Below are positions 9,597 to 19,476 of a stretch of 64,000 nucleotides of DNA, piece after piece. The notes below the pieces were generated by a model. The model did no database searches, was not told the origin of the DNA, and was given only the letters and a program-made list of their open reading frames with translations. The DNA is taken from the NCBI GenBank assembly GCA_000092065.1, contig CP000587.1; one strand, 5' to 3'. The stretch's first letter is position 1. Every line of letters starts with the position of its first letter. This stretch comes from Ostreococcus lucimarinus (lineage: Eukaryota). A program made the position numbers and the translations under genes.

Positions 9597-11231
9597 TCAC
9601 GCGCGAGGGGACATTTCGATCGCGGTGGTGGTGATGGGTTCGTCGTTGAAGTCGTCTTCGCGATCGGCGTCGGCGACTGGAGTGTGGGCGTAGCCGTCGG
9701 CGTGCGGGTCGGCGCCGCCGAGACGCTCTTCGTACGTCTTGTGCACGCCGTACCCAGCGGTGGCCATGACGATGGAGACTAAGATGAGCGCGAGTTCGGC
9801 GCTGGCGGAATCGGCGATGGCGGCTATCGGGACGCCCATGACGTAACCTAAATCTCGCCAGAATCTAACGACACCTAAGGTGGAGGCGTAATGGCGCTCG
9901 TCCGGCGCGTGGTCGACGGCGGCGGCGGCGAGGACGGGATACGTCACGCCCGTACAGAAGCCGAGAGCCACGGAGGATAAAGTTAAATATGCCAGTTGCA
10001 TAGCTCTGAGTTCTGTCGCATCGGGGCTTCCGGACATGAACTTGCCGTGGAAACCAGCACCGAACGTGGCGACGAGGAGCGCCACGGCTCCGCCAATCAA
10101 GCCAAACGACATCGGCAGCTTACGTCCGATTTTGTCGCTCATCAACCCAGATGCGATTTGGGTGAAACCTTTCATGAACGAGTAGCACCCAGTGAAAAAG
10201 TCGCGCTCGCGTCCGGTTAACCCGAGTTGGTCGCGCGCCCACACGGACATGAGCCCCCACGCCACGGCGGTTTCAAAGTTTGCGCAAAACGCCGCGTAAC
10301 ACACGACGGCGGTGTTCTTATTACGCCACGTCGTGCGAATCATCGCCTCTTTCAAACTCTCGTTCGGCGCGGGTATCACCTGTAGGGAACCGCCGTCGCT
10401 GCTTTCGCAATCTCGCCCGCGCAACTCTTTGTCGTCCTCTTCTGGAATTTCGCTCGCCCACGCGACGTCGAAACGCCGCCCCGCCGCCAACGTCGCCAAC
10501 GTCTCCTTAAATACGAATATCGACACCAACAAGCCTATTAAACACATCATGAGCTCGATGCCCATCGGCACGCGCATGTACCCATCGCACGCGCACTCGC
10601 CCACGCACGCTTTCACCCAATCGTCCGCCACCGCGCACGTCTGCGCCGCGTTCGCCGCCGAGCACGCCGCCGACGGCGTCTGCGTCGTCCACGCGCACCG
10701 CACCCCCGAGCGCTCCATGGAACCGTAAAACTCTGCGAAAATTGCGATCGCGGTGTATCCGATCGTCTCGTTCAACCCCGACGCGAACCCTCTGCGCGCC
10801 TTCCCGCACAGGTCCACGCTCGCGAGCACGAGCGCCGTCCACGTCAACCCTTGCGCGCTGCCGAGGAAAAACGCCGACATCGTCACGACGCCGAACGATT
10901 TCCGCGCTCCCGCGATCATTCCCAACGCCGGCGCCGCGATCGCGACGCTCCATCCCGCGACGACGACGCGTCGCCGTCCGCGCGCGTCCGCCACCGCGCC
11001 GACGACCAAGTTCGCGCAGCTCTTCGCCAGCGCGAACGGCAGCAAGAACGACACCTTGGCCGCGGTCGACGTCTCCGCGAATTCCCGTCCCGCGGCGTCG
11101 AGCGACGCGAGCTTGTGCAGCTGCAGCGCGCCGCCGAGGAGCGTCGTGAGCGCGCACGCGACGACCAATTGGACGTCGGCGCGACGAGTCCAGCGCGGCG
11201 CGAGCGCGCGCGACGCGTCCGCGAGGCGCAT
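9597..11231 (-). CDS. major facilitator superfamily transporter
   Basis: Multiple predicted TM helices and MFS-like loop motifs. ATG (MRLADASR) verified at 11229-11231. The upstream part of ORF 9597..11525 is low-complexity. Confidence 0.6.
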   Translation of the reverse strand: MRLADASRALAPRWTRRADVQLVVACALTTLLGGALQLHKLASLDAAGREFAETSTAAKVSFLLPFALAKSCANLVVGAVADARGRRRVVVAGWSVAIAAPALGMIAGARKSFGVVTMSAFFLGSAQGLTWTALVLASVDLCGKARRGFASGLNETIGYTAIAIFAEFYGSMERSGVRCAWTTQTPSAACSAANAAQTCAVADDWVKACVGECACDGYMRVPMGIELMMCLIGLLVSIFVFKETLATLAAGRRFDVAWASEIPEEDDKELRGRDCESSDGGSLQVIPAPNESLKEAMIRTTWRNKNTAVVCYAAFCANFETAVAWGLMSVWARDQLGLTGRERDFFTGCYSFMKGFTQIASGLMSDKIGRKLPMSFGLIGGAVALLVATFGAGFHGKFMSGSPDATELRAMQLAYLTLSSVALGFCTGVTYPVLAAAAVDHAPDERHYASTLGVVRFWRDLGYVMGVPIAAIADSASAELALILVSIVMATAGYGVHKTYEERLGGADPHADGYAHTPVADADREDDFNDEPITTTAIEMSPRA

Positions 11232-11356
11232 GACGCGACGCGCGCGCGAGGCTCGAACGCGCGGGCGACGGCGCGCGTCGCGCGGCGCCGCGCGCGCGGC
11301 GCCGCCGCGCGCTTCTGAGTGCCGCGACCGGGACAGCGCCACTCTGCGCGCGACAT

Positions 11357-11384
<28 letters not shown>
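11357..11384. repeat. (GCGACG)n hexanucleotide microsatellite in the divergent promoter/5' UTR
   Basis: gcgacgcgacgcgacgcgacgcg read directly. Confidence 0.7.
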
Positions 11385-11389
<5 letters not shown>

Positions 11390-11394
11390 ACGCG

Positions 11395-12246
11395 ATGCGC
11401 GACGACGCGACGCCCGACGCGGTCGAGTTTCGCGGCGTCGACGATCTCGGACGCGACGTCGGGACGCACGAAGCGTTCTGGGCCGAGGTGGCGAAAAAGC
11501 GCTCGCACGGCGCCGACGGGAGCAAACCGACGTTTTACGCGAAGGGGATCGAGTACTGGGACGGCGTCGCGCCCGACGTCGACGGCGTGCTCGGTGGGTT
11601 CGCGCACGTGAGCGCGCCGGACGCTCGGGACAACGCGAAGCTGCTGGAGGACCTGCGGGGACGGGGACGAGGCGGCGCGAAGGCGAACGGGACGAAGACG
11701 ACGGCGTTGGATTGCGGCGCGGGCGTCGGACGGGTGACGAGCACGTTTTTGATCGAAAAATTTGATGAAGTCGATTTAGTGGAGCCGTGTCGACACTTTT
11801 TGGACGCAGCGGCGGCGGATGCGTTGGTGCGAGGGGACGGACGCGCGGACGGGCATCGCGCGAAGCGCTTCGTCGCGGAACCGTTGGAAAGTTTCGTTCC
11901 GGAGCGCGAGAGATACGACGTGATTTGGATTCAGTGGTGCATCGGGCACTTGACGGATGATGACTTCGTGGCGTTTTTGCGTCGTTGCAAGGATGGTTTA
12001 AGGGAAAACGGCGTCATAGTCATGAAGGAGAACAACGCGGCGAGCGGATTCATTTTAGATTTGGAAGACTCGTCCATCACTCGTTCGCACGAGTATTTGC
12101 TGCACATCATCAATCGCACAGGCATGCGCTGCCTCGAGCATCGTTTGCAGACTGGGTTTCCACCCGAGTTGTTCGCGGTTCGCATGTACGTCATAGTCCC
12201 TTCGTCCTCGTTCCGTCGTGTTGGAATACAAAATTCTTCTCGCTAG
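11395..12246 (+). CDS. protein N-terminal methyltransferase NTMT1/METTL11A-like
   Basis: IEYWDGVAPDVDGVLGGF, LDCGAGVGRVT (SAM motif I) and overall NTM1 layout. ATG at 11395. Confidence 0.75.
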   Translation: MRDDATPDAVEFRGVDDLGRDVGTHEAFWAEVAKKRSHGADGSKPTFYAKGIEYWDGVAPDVDGVLGGFAHVSAPDARDNAKLLEDLRGRGRGGAKANGTKTTALDCGAGVGRVTSTFLIEKFDEVDLVEPCRHFLDAAAADALVRGDGRADGHRAKRFVAEPLESFVPERERYDVIWIQWCIGHLTDDDFVAFLRRCKDGLRENGVIVMKENNAASGFILDLEDSSITRSHEYLLHIINRTGMRCLEHRLQTGFPPELFAVRMYVIVPSSSFRRVGIQNSSR

Positions 12247-12282
12247 GCTATCGTTACAGTGTACAGTATCTCTAATCATTAT

Positions 12283-13878
12283 TCATATAGGGGATTCTTC
12301 CCACACCACATCGCTCGCGTGGTCCATCTCATCGTCTTCCTCCATGCTCAGCCGGAGGTACTCTCCGCGAGCGAAGCGGTCCCATTCCGTCAAGTGCGGT
12401 TCTTCGCGCTCTTGTCGCATCAAGAACGGATCCCTCGTTTCAAATGCGATGAACTTGTTCATGTTGAAGAGAACGTTGAAGAAGTTGCCACTCATCTTGC
12501 TCGATCGTAAGTCGTTCAGAGTCACTCTCGCGTCGACTTCGGGCTTGAGCATATCCATCATTTGACACAAAATATCCTCGAACAGGACGGGTTCTTGCGC
12601 CAGGCATTCCATGCGTTGAATCTGTTCCTCATAAAAGTAGTATATCTCATCTCGCGTGATGACGCCGTCGTGATGAGTATCGATGCATTTGAACCAGTAA
12701 TCTAGCGCTAGCGGATGGTTCTTGTTTTCTTCACTCAAAATGAACCAAACAAAGTCTTCGTAGCTCATCTTCCCGGGCACGTCTGATTTGAACGGCCTCC
12801 CCGCCTGGTCAAATATCCTCGCCACGATTCTATACGTCAACGCGTGATTACCGTAATGCAATAAGTCTTCACGATTGATGAAAAAGTCATGGTCGGTATC
12901 GAGTTCCCAAAACTTGCAGTAGATGACGTAGAAATGCTCGTACGAAAAGTACTTCAACACGCGGTTGATGTCTTCCTCTTCTTCGGCGAGCAACATGTGC
13001 TCAAGCAAGTCTGATTTTCTCAACTCTCGCAGCGTCAAACGCCCGTTCCAGGTCGTGTTGCACTCGTAAAATATACGATAAATCACCGTTTCTACGTAAC
13101 GTTCCTGGAATTCGCGAGTGGTCTTCAAAAAATCCAAGCCCGGATGCGTTTGCGTCATCTCCGTGAGCACCTCGGTAAAGTCTGCGTGTTCCAACGCTCG
13201 AGCGTTTGGTCGTCGCAAAATTTCAAACATGGCTGAACTCACATCCTTCTGCCGACGAAGCGTAGAATTCCAATAACTAAACCATTGCTCACGCGTGACG
13301 ACATCCGCATTCGCCCCGGCCACGAGCTTCATCACACGTTTGGCGAAATATCGCGGCAATCCGACGACGTCTCGAACCACTCCCGCGAATGCCTCTAAAT
13401 TCATCCCAGTCAAGTGTCTTTCAAACATGCGCTCCGCCAACGCGACCTTTCCTGCGTTCACCTCTTCGCTCAAGCCTTCACCGCCTGGCTTGTAAAACGT
13501 CGGAATCGAGTGTGGCTCATTCGTCGCTCGAGTGAACAAAGACGCCTGCCTCGACAGCGGTCGCCTCGTAGGCGAAAACGCGCTCGTACCGTACCTCGAC
13601 CCTTTCTGCGGGCTCCTCGGTGGCGTTCCTATCGCTGCAGCGACGTTTGCGTGCATCGCACCGCTCTTCGGCTGTCGCAGCGGTTTCCCGGCCTTCGCAT
13701 CCTTCAACAGTTCGTACACCAAGTTTTGGCTCTCCGCCATGGATAACCAGTTTAAAAATAACTCGTCCAACTTCAGCTTACTGGACGGGAATTTCGACGC
13801 CGCGCTGATGTTTTCGTTCCCTGAGCGTTCGCCCAGGGGCGTTCGCGCGGGGACTTGGATGCTAAGAGACTTGGACAT
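12283..13878 (-). CDS. protein phosphatase 2A regulatory subunit B'' (PR72/TON2/FASS-like, EF-hand)
   Basis: Conserved B'' core with EF-hand (YWFKCIDTHHDGVITRDE). Full-length 531 aa. Confidence 0.8.
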   Translation of the reverse strand: MSKSLSIQVPARTPLGERSGNENISAASKFPSSKLKLDELFLNWLSMAESQNLVYELLKDAKAGKPLRQPKSGAMHANVAAAIGTPPRSPQKGSRYGTSAFSPTRRPLSRQASLFTRATNEPHSIPTFYKPGGEGLSEEVNAGKVALAERMFERHLTGMNLEAFAGVVRDVVGLPRYFAKRVMKLVAGANADVVTREQWFSYWNSTLRRQKDVSSAMFEILRRPNARALEHADFTEVLTEMTQTHPGLDFLKTTREFQERYVETVIYRIFYECNTTWNGRLTLRELRKSDLLEHMLLAEEEEDINRVLKYFSYEHFYVIYCKFWELDTDHDFFINREDLLHYGNHALTYRIVARIFDQAGRPFKSDVPGKMSYEDFVWFILSEENKNHPLALDYWFKCIDTHHDGVITRDEIYYFYEEQIQRMECLAQEPVLFEDILCQMMDMLKPEVDARVTLNDLRSSKMSGNFFNVLFNMNKFIAFETRDPFLMRQEREEPHLTEWDRFARGEYLRLSMEEDDEMDHASDVVWEESPI

Positions 13879-14289
13879 GGTCGACGGCGTCCCGGTCGTG
13901 AGGTTTGAATTTGAATTCGTGATTTGAAATCAATACGACTCGTGCGTCGAGTCGACTGCGCGCGATCGACTGCGCGCGGATCAATGATCCTCGACGCGAG
14001 TGTCTCACGGATTGCGCGTGTCACACGCGCGAGCGAGGTCGCGAACGACGCGCACTGCGGACGAATGCCGAAAATAGAAAATCCGGCCCTTTTTGTTTGG
14101 GACGCCGCGTCCCGGACGCGAGGGAGTACAGTGCTTGTTCAAATTTATTGCAACATCGTGCGTATCATCAACTTCAAAACGGCGCGCAATGGCGCGCATA
14201 CCAAAAATAAACCGACGAGCGGGTGTCGGCGGCGAAGATGAAGTGTAAGAATCGCGCTGCGGCGCAAGTGCGTGCGGGGCGGTCACCAG

Positions 14290-16758
14290 TTAGACGGTCG
14301 TCGCCTCGGTTGGTACGGGTGGGTTCCATTTGGCCTCGTACGTGCCGATCGGGAGAACGCCGACTTGCTCAGCGATAGCGTCGTCAAACTTCTCGGTGTT
14401 GCTACCGCTGTGCATGTGCGTGACGACGCCGTCCTTGAACACAAAGAACGTCGGCGTCGACTTGACGGCCAAGCGGTCACGCGCAAGGTGGATGGTACTC
14501 GCATTCTCGTTCCCGTAAATGCGCACGTATCGACACTTCTCGCGGTTGTCGCGCGCGCTTTGTTCAAAGTACGGCAAAAACTTCTTGCACGGCATGCAAG
14601 AGGTAAAGCCGACTTGCAGGACGACGGCGCGTCCCGTGCCCATCTCCTCTTCGAGGACTTGATCGACAGCGGCTTCGGTGTGCAACACTTGCGCCACCTC
14701 GGTCCCGATCACCGACTTATACCAGGTTTCGAATTGATCGAACGTTACTGACGACTCGCACTGCACGTCTATGTCGCAGACGAGCTCACGAACTTCGTCT
14801 TCGGGCAGGCGCACGCCCATGGCGGCGACCATGCGCACGAAGGCGTCCAAATCAATGGCGTCATCGTTAATGTCACCACCAAACTTCTCGAAAAGCTCGC
14901 GAAGTTGGATAGCAGACACGAGTTGCGGCGATCGGCCGACTTCTTTGCCGATCGCAGAACGCACGCGACGAATATCAGCCATGTACCTGAATCGGAAAGA
15001 GCCACCCGCGGCGGCGCCTCGCACGCCTTCGAGAGAGTTGGACCCGCCTATGATGAGCGGAGCAGCCGCCTTACCAGCTTGCACGACGCTCAGCTTTGGC
15101 ACCAGATGCGACCACTTGTCGAAGTTTCTCGCCGCGCTACCGCTGACGACCCATCGTTCCAAGCCACCGCGAGCGCAACGGCAGTTCTCGACCTTGGCCA
15201 AGTGCACCGCCATTCTCGTCGCCCATGCTTTCCACTCTTCTTCATCCTCGCAGTCATCAGCCGGAGGCTTAGCGTTCGCCCACTCTGGTTCGATCCATGA
15301 AATGGCGAGATCGGCTTCTCTGAAATCAGCATTCGTGCGAAGAACACCGTCTCTGAAGAGCGCGACGTGTACAGCTTCGTGGCCGGCGGTGACGACACCG
15401 GTCAAACCGCTCATCGCGTTGTCGGGATCGTCACTATCGAGGGTTTGACCAATCTTGACTCGTCTAGCGGCGTCGCCCCACAAGTCTTGGTGACCGTAAC
15501 CGTGCGCCTCGGCACCCGTGACGACGGTGACGTCCAAACCGACGGCGTTGCGCAACAGCTCCTCGGTTTCTTCGCGTTCGCGGCGTCCCTCGAAAGGGTT
15601 CAAAGTTTCCATCGCGGCGTACACGCTCGTGCCGCCCAACTTCTCGTCAGCGTGCCAAACACCCGGCAACGCGACAGAGACGGAACCTTGCCACTTCAGC
15701 TCCTTGGTGAGCGAGCGCAAAGCCGAGCCGACGGCGTTGATATCCAGCAGGGCGCCCTCGTCCAACGGAGCGGTGATGAGCTCAGACTCGAGTTCACCCG
15801 TGCGCACGTTCACGATCGCAGCGCTGACGATGCCTCCACTCGCGTACGCGCCAAGAATCGCTCTCGGGCCTTCGGCATATACCGATTCAAACGAGGTTTC
15901 CTCCTCCGCCCCGCGCGCGTCCTCGTCCACCTCCATGTCGGCGATACCCCGGCATTCATCCCCCTCCGCGCACGACGCCTTCTCTCCTCGCATCTCCATA
16001 CCGACTCGTCCGAGCGCCATCACCCCAGCCCCCATCGCGCCTCCAATCTTCAATCGATTGCTCGAGATCAACTTATACAGCACGCTCGCCGCGAGGCTGA
16101 TGGCCGGCATCGTCGCCAGCTTCACCGCCCAGCCCATGCCAACCTCCGCGAACAGCGCCTCGATCGCCGGCAATCCTCGCAGCGGTTCGCTTTTATCGCG
16201 TTTCAGCACGTGTATCGTCTCCATCGCCTCCGCGAACGTCACGCCTTGATGTTTCTTCGCGTCGTACGCCGGATCGCTGATGTCCACGTACCACACCTTG
16301 CCCTCGCCCCTCCCCGTCCCCTCGAGCGCGCTCTTCAGCGTCTGGCACACCGGGCACGCGCCGTCGTACAGGTACGCGTACTTCCAGTTCGCCGGTTCTT
16401 CGTCCGCGACCTCGGCGTCGTCGCTCGTCGCGCGCGTCGCGAACGACGCGCGACGTCGGCGCGCGACCGGCGCGACGTCGGCGCGGCGGCTCGACGGCGC
16501 CGCGCGCGCGCCGCGCGTCGAGGCGGACGTCGCGGCGCCGCACAAAGATCGAGGCGCGCACGTTTGCGCGCGCGCGCGCGCGAGCGGCGCGGCGCGCGGC
16601 ATGGCGAGCGGCGCGGTCTGCGGATACCCTCCGGCGGGCGTTAAACCGGGTTTAACGCCGGCGCGCGGAGAGACGCGGAGAGACGCGGAGAGAGGGAGAC
16701 GACGCGGAAGACGACGGCGAACGAAACATGGCGCGTCGAAAGACGCGAAAAACGTCAA
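14290..16758 (-). CDS. multidomain redox protein: DCC-type thiol-disulfide oxidoreductase + ASKHA sugar-kinase-like + EF-hand-like + thioredoxin-fold (CxxC)
   Basis: Motifs read in order N to C: YDGACPVCQ, a GAYASGGI-type kinase fold, VSGSAARNFDKW, and a C-terminal FTSCMPCKKF thioredoxin-like segment. The start may instead be MPRAAPLA at 16602. Confidence 0.55.
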   Translation of the reverse strand: MTFFASFDAPCFVRRRLPRRLPLSASLRVSPRAGVKPGLTPAGGYPQTAPLAMPRAAPLARARAQTCAPRSLCGAATSASTRGARAAPSSRRADVAPVARRRRASFATRATSDDAEVADEEPANWKYAYLYDGACPVCQTLKSALEGTGRGEGKVWYVDISDPAYDAKKHQGVTFAEAMETIHVLKRDKSEPLRGLPAIEALFAEVGMGWAVKLATMPAISLAASVLYKLISSNRLKIGGAMGAGVMALGRVGMEMRGEKASCAEGDECRGIADMEVDEDARGAEEETSFESVYAEGPRAILGAYASGGIVSAAIVNVRTGELESELITAPLDEGALLDINAVGSALRSLTKELKWQGSVSVALPGVWHADEKLGGTSVYAAMETLNPFEGRREREETEELLRNAVGLDVTVVTGAEAHGYGHQDLWGDAARRVKIGQTLDSDDPDNAMSGLTGVVTAGHEAVHVALFRDGVLRTNADFREADLAISWIEPEWANAKPPADDCEDEEEWKAWATRMAVHLAKVENCRCARGGLERWVVSGSAARNFDKWSHLVPKLSVVQAGKAAAPLIIGGSNSLEGVRGAAAGGSFRFRYMADIRRVRSAIGKEVGRSPQLVSAIQLRELFEKFGGDINDDAIDLDAFVRMVAAMGVRLPEDEVRELVCDIDVQCESSVTFDQFETWYKSVIGTEVAQVLHTEAAVDQVLEEEMGTGRAVVLQVGFTSCMPCKKFLPYFEQSARDNREKCRYVRIYGNENASTIHLARDRLAVKSTPTFFVFKDGVVTHMHSGSNTEKFDDAIAEQVGVLPIGTYEAKWNPPVPTEATTV
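16638..16658. repeat. 21-bp perfect palindrome gcgttaaacc-g-ggtttaacgc
   Basis: Inverted repeat with 10-bp arms and a 1-nt spacer in the 5' end/leader of the multidomain redox gene. Confidence 0.85.
16665..16700. repeat. 3 tandem copies of 10-bp unit cggagagacg
   Basis: Read directly, immediately adjacent to the palindrome. Confidence 0.8.
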
Positions 16759-16842
16759 TCGTTCGTGGTGCTAATGAATTCGATTGTGTTACACGGGTGG
16801 ACGCCGCGCGGTCGGAGACGGCGCGCGACGCGCCGGAACGCT

Positions 16843-17529
16843 TTAAAACCGCTCGGCCAAGCGCGCGGTGACGGCTCGCAAGCGCGAGTACACCTTGCCC
16901 GGAGGCGAGCCTAAGATGAGCGAACAAATCGCGTCTCGCGCCACCTTGATGTTCTGAAACGATCCTAAAATCCGAATGTGCTGATCGGCGATGACGATGC
17001 GCGTCCGCGTCGCGTTTTCAATCGTAAACTTCGTCTTTCCATTCTTCCCCGCCAATCGCCCGATCCCGCGGCTCATGTGCTCTCCCCGCAGCGTCTTCAC
17101 ATCCTTCACCTCAAAACACTCCAAGTACAAGTCATCCAACCTCAACAGCGCCACCGCGTCTTGCACGTCGAACCCGAGCAGAAACGCCTGCACGAAATCC
17201 GCGCTCTTCTGCAGCGCGCTCTCGTCCTCCGTCCTCTCCGTCGTCTTCAGCTCCACCTTTTTCGATTTCAGATTCATCCGCACGTCGATCTTCATCTGTT
17301 TCGTCACCGGTTCGTACAGCGCCATCCAGTGCTCTCGGAGCGGCGCGAACCGATGCGCCGGGACGTTCACCTTGCGGTACTCGTGTTTCGTTCCCTTTCG
17401 CGTCTCCGTGGGCGCGCCGAGCGGCGCGTACACCGGTCGCAGCGCGTCCGCGTCGTCGGCGACGATCGCGCCCGAGGCGTCGACCAACTCGCGCGCGTCG
17501 CGCTCCGTTCTCTTCGTCACCTTCGGCAT
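16843..17529 (-). CDS. PNO1: PNO1/Dim2 KH-domain pre-40S ribosome biogenesis factor
   Basis: C-terminal KH region (FTIENATRTRIVIADQHIRILGSFQNIKVARDAICSLILGSPPGKVY). ATG (MPKVTKR) verified at 17527-17529. Confidence 0.8.
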   Translation of the reverse strand: MPKVTKRTERDARELVDASGAIVADDADALRPVYAPLGAPTETRKGTKHEYRKVNVPAHRFAPLREHWMALYEPVTKQMKIDVRMNLKSKKVELKTTERTEDESALQKSADFVQAFLLGFDVQDAVALLRLDDLYLECFEVKDVKTLRGEHMSRGIGRLAGKNGKTKFTIENATRTRIVIADQHIRILGSFQNIKVARDAICSLILGSPPGKVYSRLRAVTARLAERF

Positions 17530-17730
17530 CGCGCGCGTCGCGGTGGCGCCGTCGCGCCGTCGCGCCGCCGCCGGGACGACCCGTACGGCGTCCCCTAATT
17601 TCACGAAATCCTCGTCGTGACTGTTTGCGCACACGCGACCGACCGATGTCGCATCTCAAGACTCGAGTCTACACACGGAACGAAGACACGCCCGCGCCGC
17701 GACGCGCGTCGGCGCAGACGCGCGCGCGCG

Positions 17731-19425
17731 ATGGCGCGACGTCGGACGCGCGACGGCGCGGCGCGCGTCGCGGTGGCGTGCGTCGCGCTCGTCGTCGCGC
17801 GATCGGTGCGCGCGACGACGACGGCGTCGTGCGCGGCGATGCTCGACGACGACGACGACGCGCCGCGGACGACGTACTCGAGCGCGCGGCGCGCGGAATC
17901 GCGCGAGGTGCGGTACGGGACGTCGTGGAACGCGAGCGGGGAGACGCGGGCGCGGGAGGACGGGGTGACGCTGCGACTGACGGCGCCGCCGTGGTGCGGG
18001 AGCACGCGAGCGCTGGCGCTGGCGCTGGAGCGCGAACTGGCGAGCGAACCGAGCGGAGGGGCGAGAGTGCTGTGGGAACGACCGTGGAGGCCGGAGCGGG
18101 AGGCGACGGGGGGGGCGATCGGGTCGTGGAGCGCGCCGCGGGCGGAGTTTGAGCTGGCGGACGCGAGCGGGACGCGCGTGCGATACGGCGGCGAGTGGAG
18201 CGCGGCGGGTCTGGCGCGCGCGGCGAGGACGCTGAACAGGGAGACGATGGGAAAGAACGAGAGCGTCATGACGCTTTGGCCGTTCGTGCGACTGCGAGAT
18301 AAGTACGCGGTGGCTGATTTTTTTGACAACGGCGCGGCGGAGCTGGCGGTGGTGGTGTTGGATCCGTGCAAGTCGGCGGACGGGTGCGCGTCGACGGCGT
18401 CGATGCGGCGACTTCGCGCGGCGATATTGGAGCGCATCGGGTACACGCCTAAGAATAGACTCGGCGTGTTGATGGGCGCGGACGCCTGGCGCATCGGTAC
18501 GAAGCTGCTGGACGAGTTTGACCCGGACGACATCACCGCTGTCGCCTTCGTTCGAGGCGCGTTGCACTCGGTATGGATGGGGAATAGGAAGAACGAGACT
18601 TCGGTCGAGCGATGGATCGATGAAATCAATAACGCGACGGTATCCACCGTCGTGCGACGCGGATTCTTCAGCCTGAGTGAGTTCAGCCCGGCGGTCGGCG
18701 CGCGGAAGTTGGCGATGATTTTTGCCAACGAAGCGAACGAAGATTTAGACGCTTTAGGCGTACACATTCATCACCTCGTGGATTCGAGTAGTTTAAACGC
18801 CACCGTGGGCGTGGTCGACACCAGCCGTGGGACGTGGTTGCTGTGTCAAATCACCGATAGTTGCGACGATTCCGGGGACGACGAGACGTCGCGGATTCAA
18901 GTCGCGCTGATCGACGTCGAAGAGGACTCTATTCAAACGGTAAACGTGTCCCCGCTTCCCGATGGCGCGCTGTCGGAGACGCGACCATTCACGCGGTCGG
19001 CGCGAAGCGTTCCCAAAACGCCCGCGGGCATGACTCCGCCTCGCGTGCCGCACATCGCGCGCAACCAACTCGATCACAAAGCTGCGCAAACGATGGCGCT
19101 TCGACGACAAGGGAAGTTTTCCGTGCTCTTCTCCTCGTCCGCGTGTGCGTTCTGTCAACGCTTTCTTTCGCTGCTCAACGCGGCGCTGGGCGATCTGGAC
19201 TACCGCGCGCTCGTCGACGGCACACAAACCGCTCGAGCGTTCCAAATCGACTGCGCCGTCAACGACTGCCACGACAGCTGGGACGCCGAAGCGCAATCAC
19301 TCGTCGGACGCGTCCTGCGCTACCCAACCTTGGTCACCTACGACGGCGCAACCGGCCGCATCGCGCGATACACCGGCGCCATGAACGCCAGAGACATCGC
19401 AGAATTCTTAGCCAATGATTTGTAA
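17731..19425 (+). CDS. secreted PDI-like protein with C-terminal thioredoxin domain (CAFC active site)
   Basis: Signal peptide (MARRRTRDGAARVAVACVALVVA). C-terminal Trx-like region (SSSACAFCQRF...RYPTLVTYDG). Confidence 0.5.
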   Translation: MARRRTRDGAARVAVACVALVVARSVRATTTASCAAMLDDDDDAPRTTYSSARRAESREVRYGTSWNASGETRAREDGVTLRLTAPPWCGSTRALALALERELASEPSGGARVLWERPWRPEREATGGAIGSWSAPRAEFELADASGTRVRYGGEWSAAGLARAARTLNRETMGKNESVMTLWPFVRLRDKYAVADFFDNGAAELAVVVLDPCKSADGCASTASMRRLRAAILERIGYTPKNRLGVLMGADAWRIGTKLLDEFDPDDITAVAFVRGALHSVWMGNRKNETSVERWIDEINNATVSTVVRRGFFSLSEFSPAVGARKLAMIFANEANEDLDALGVHIHHLVDSSSLNATVGVVDTSRGTWLLCQITDSCDDSGDDETSRIQVALIDVEEDSIQTVNVSPLPDGALSETRPFTRSARSVPKTPAGMTPPRVPHIARNQLDHKAAQTMALRRQGKFSVLFSSSACAFCQRFLSLLNAALGDLDYRALVDGTQTARAFQIDCAVNDCHDSWDAEAQSLVGRVLRYPTLVTYDGATGRIARYTGAMNARDIAEFLANDL

Positions 19426-19476
19426 AACGTTTCTCCGCCTCGCCGCCGCGCGCGCCGCCGCACACGTCGCCGCGCC

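Noticed and set aside
10507-11607. 366-aa minus ORF and several plus ORFs overlapping the MFS transporter and NTMT1 region
   Set aside because: Arg/Gly/Ala low complexity. The region is explained by two conserved genes with a divergent promoter.
15367-16644. 425-aa plus ORF antisense to the multidomain redox gene
   Set aside because: Arg-rich with no motifs. The antisense partner has coherent domains.
17656-18567. 303-aa minus ORF antisense to the PDI-like gene
   Set aside because: Pro/Arg-rich low complexity.
14290-19425. Selenoprotein (in-frame TGA) versions of the thioredoxin-fold genes
   Set aside because: Mamiellophyceae encode many selenoproteins, so I looked for same-frame ORF pairs split by a single TGA next to CxxC-like sites. 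None were evident. All Trx-like motifs here read CxxC with Cys.
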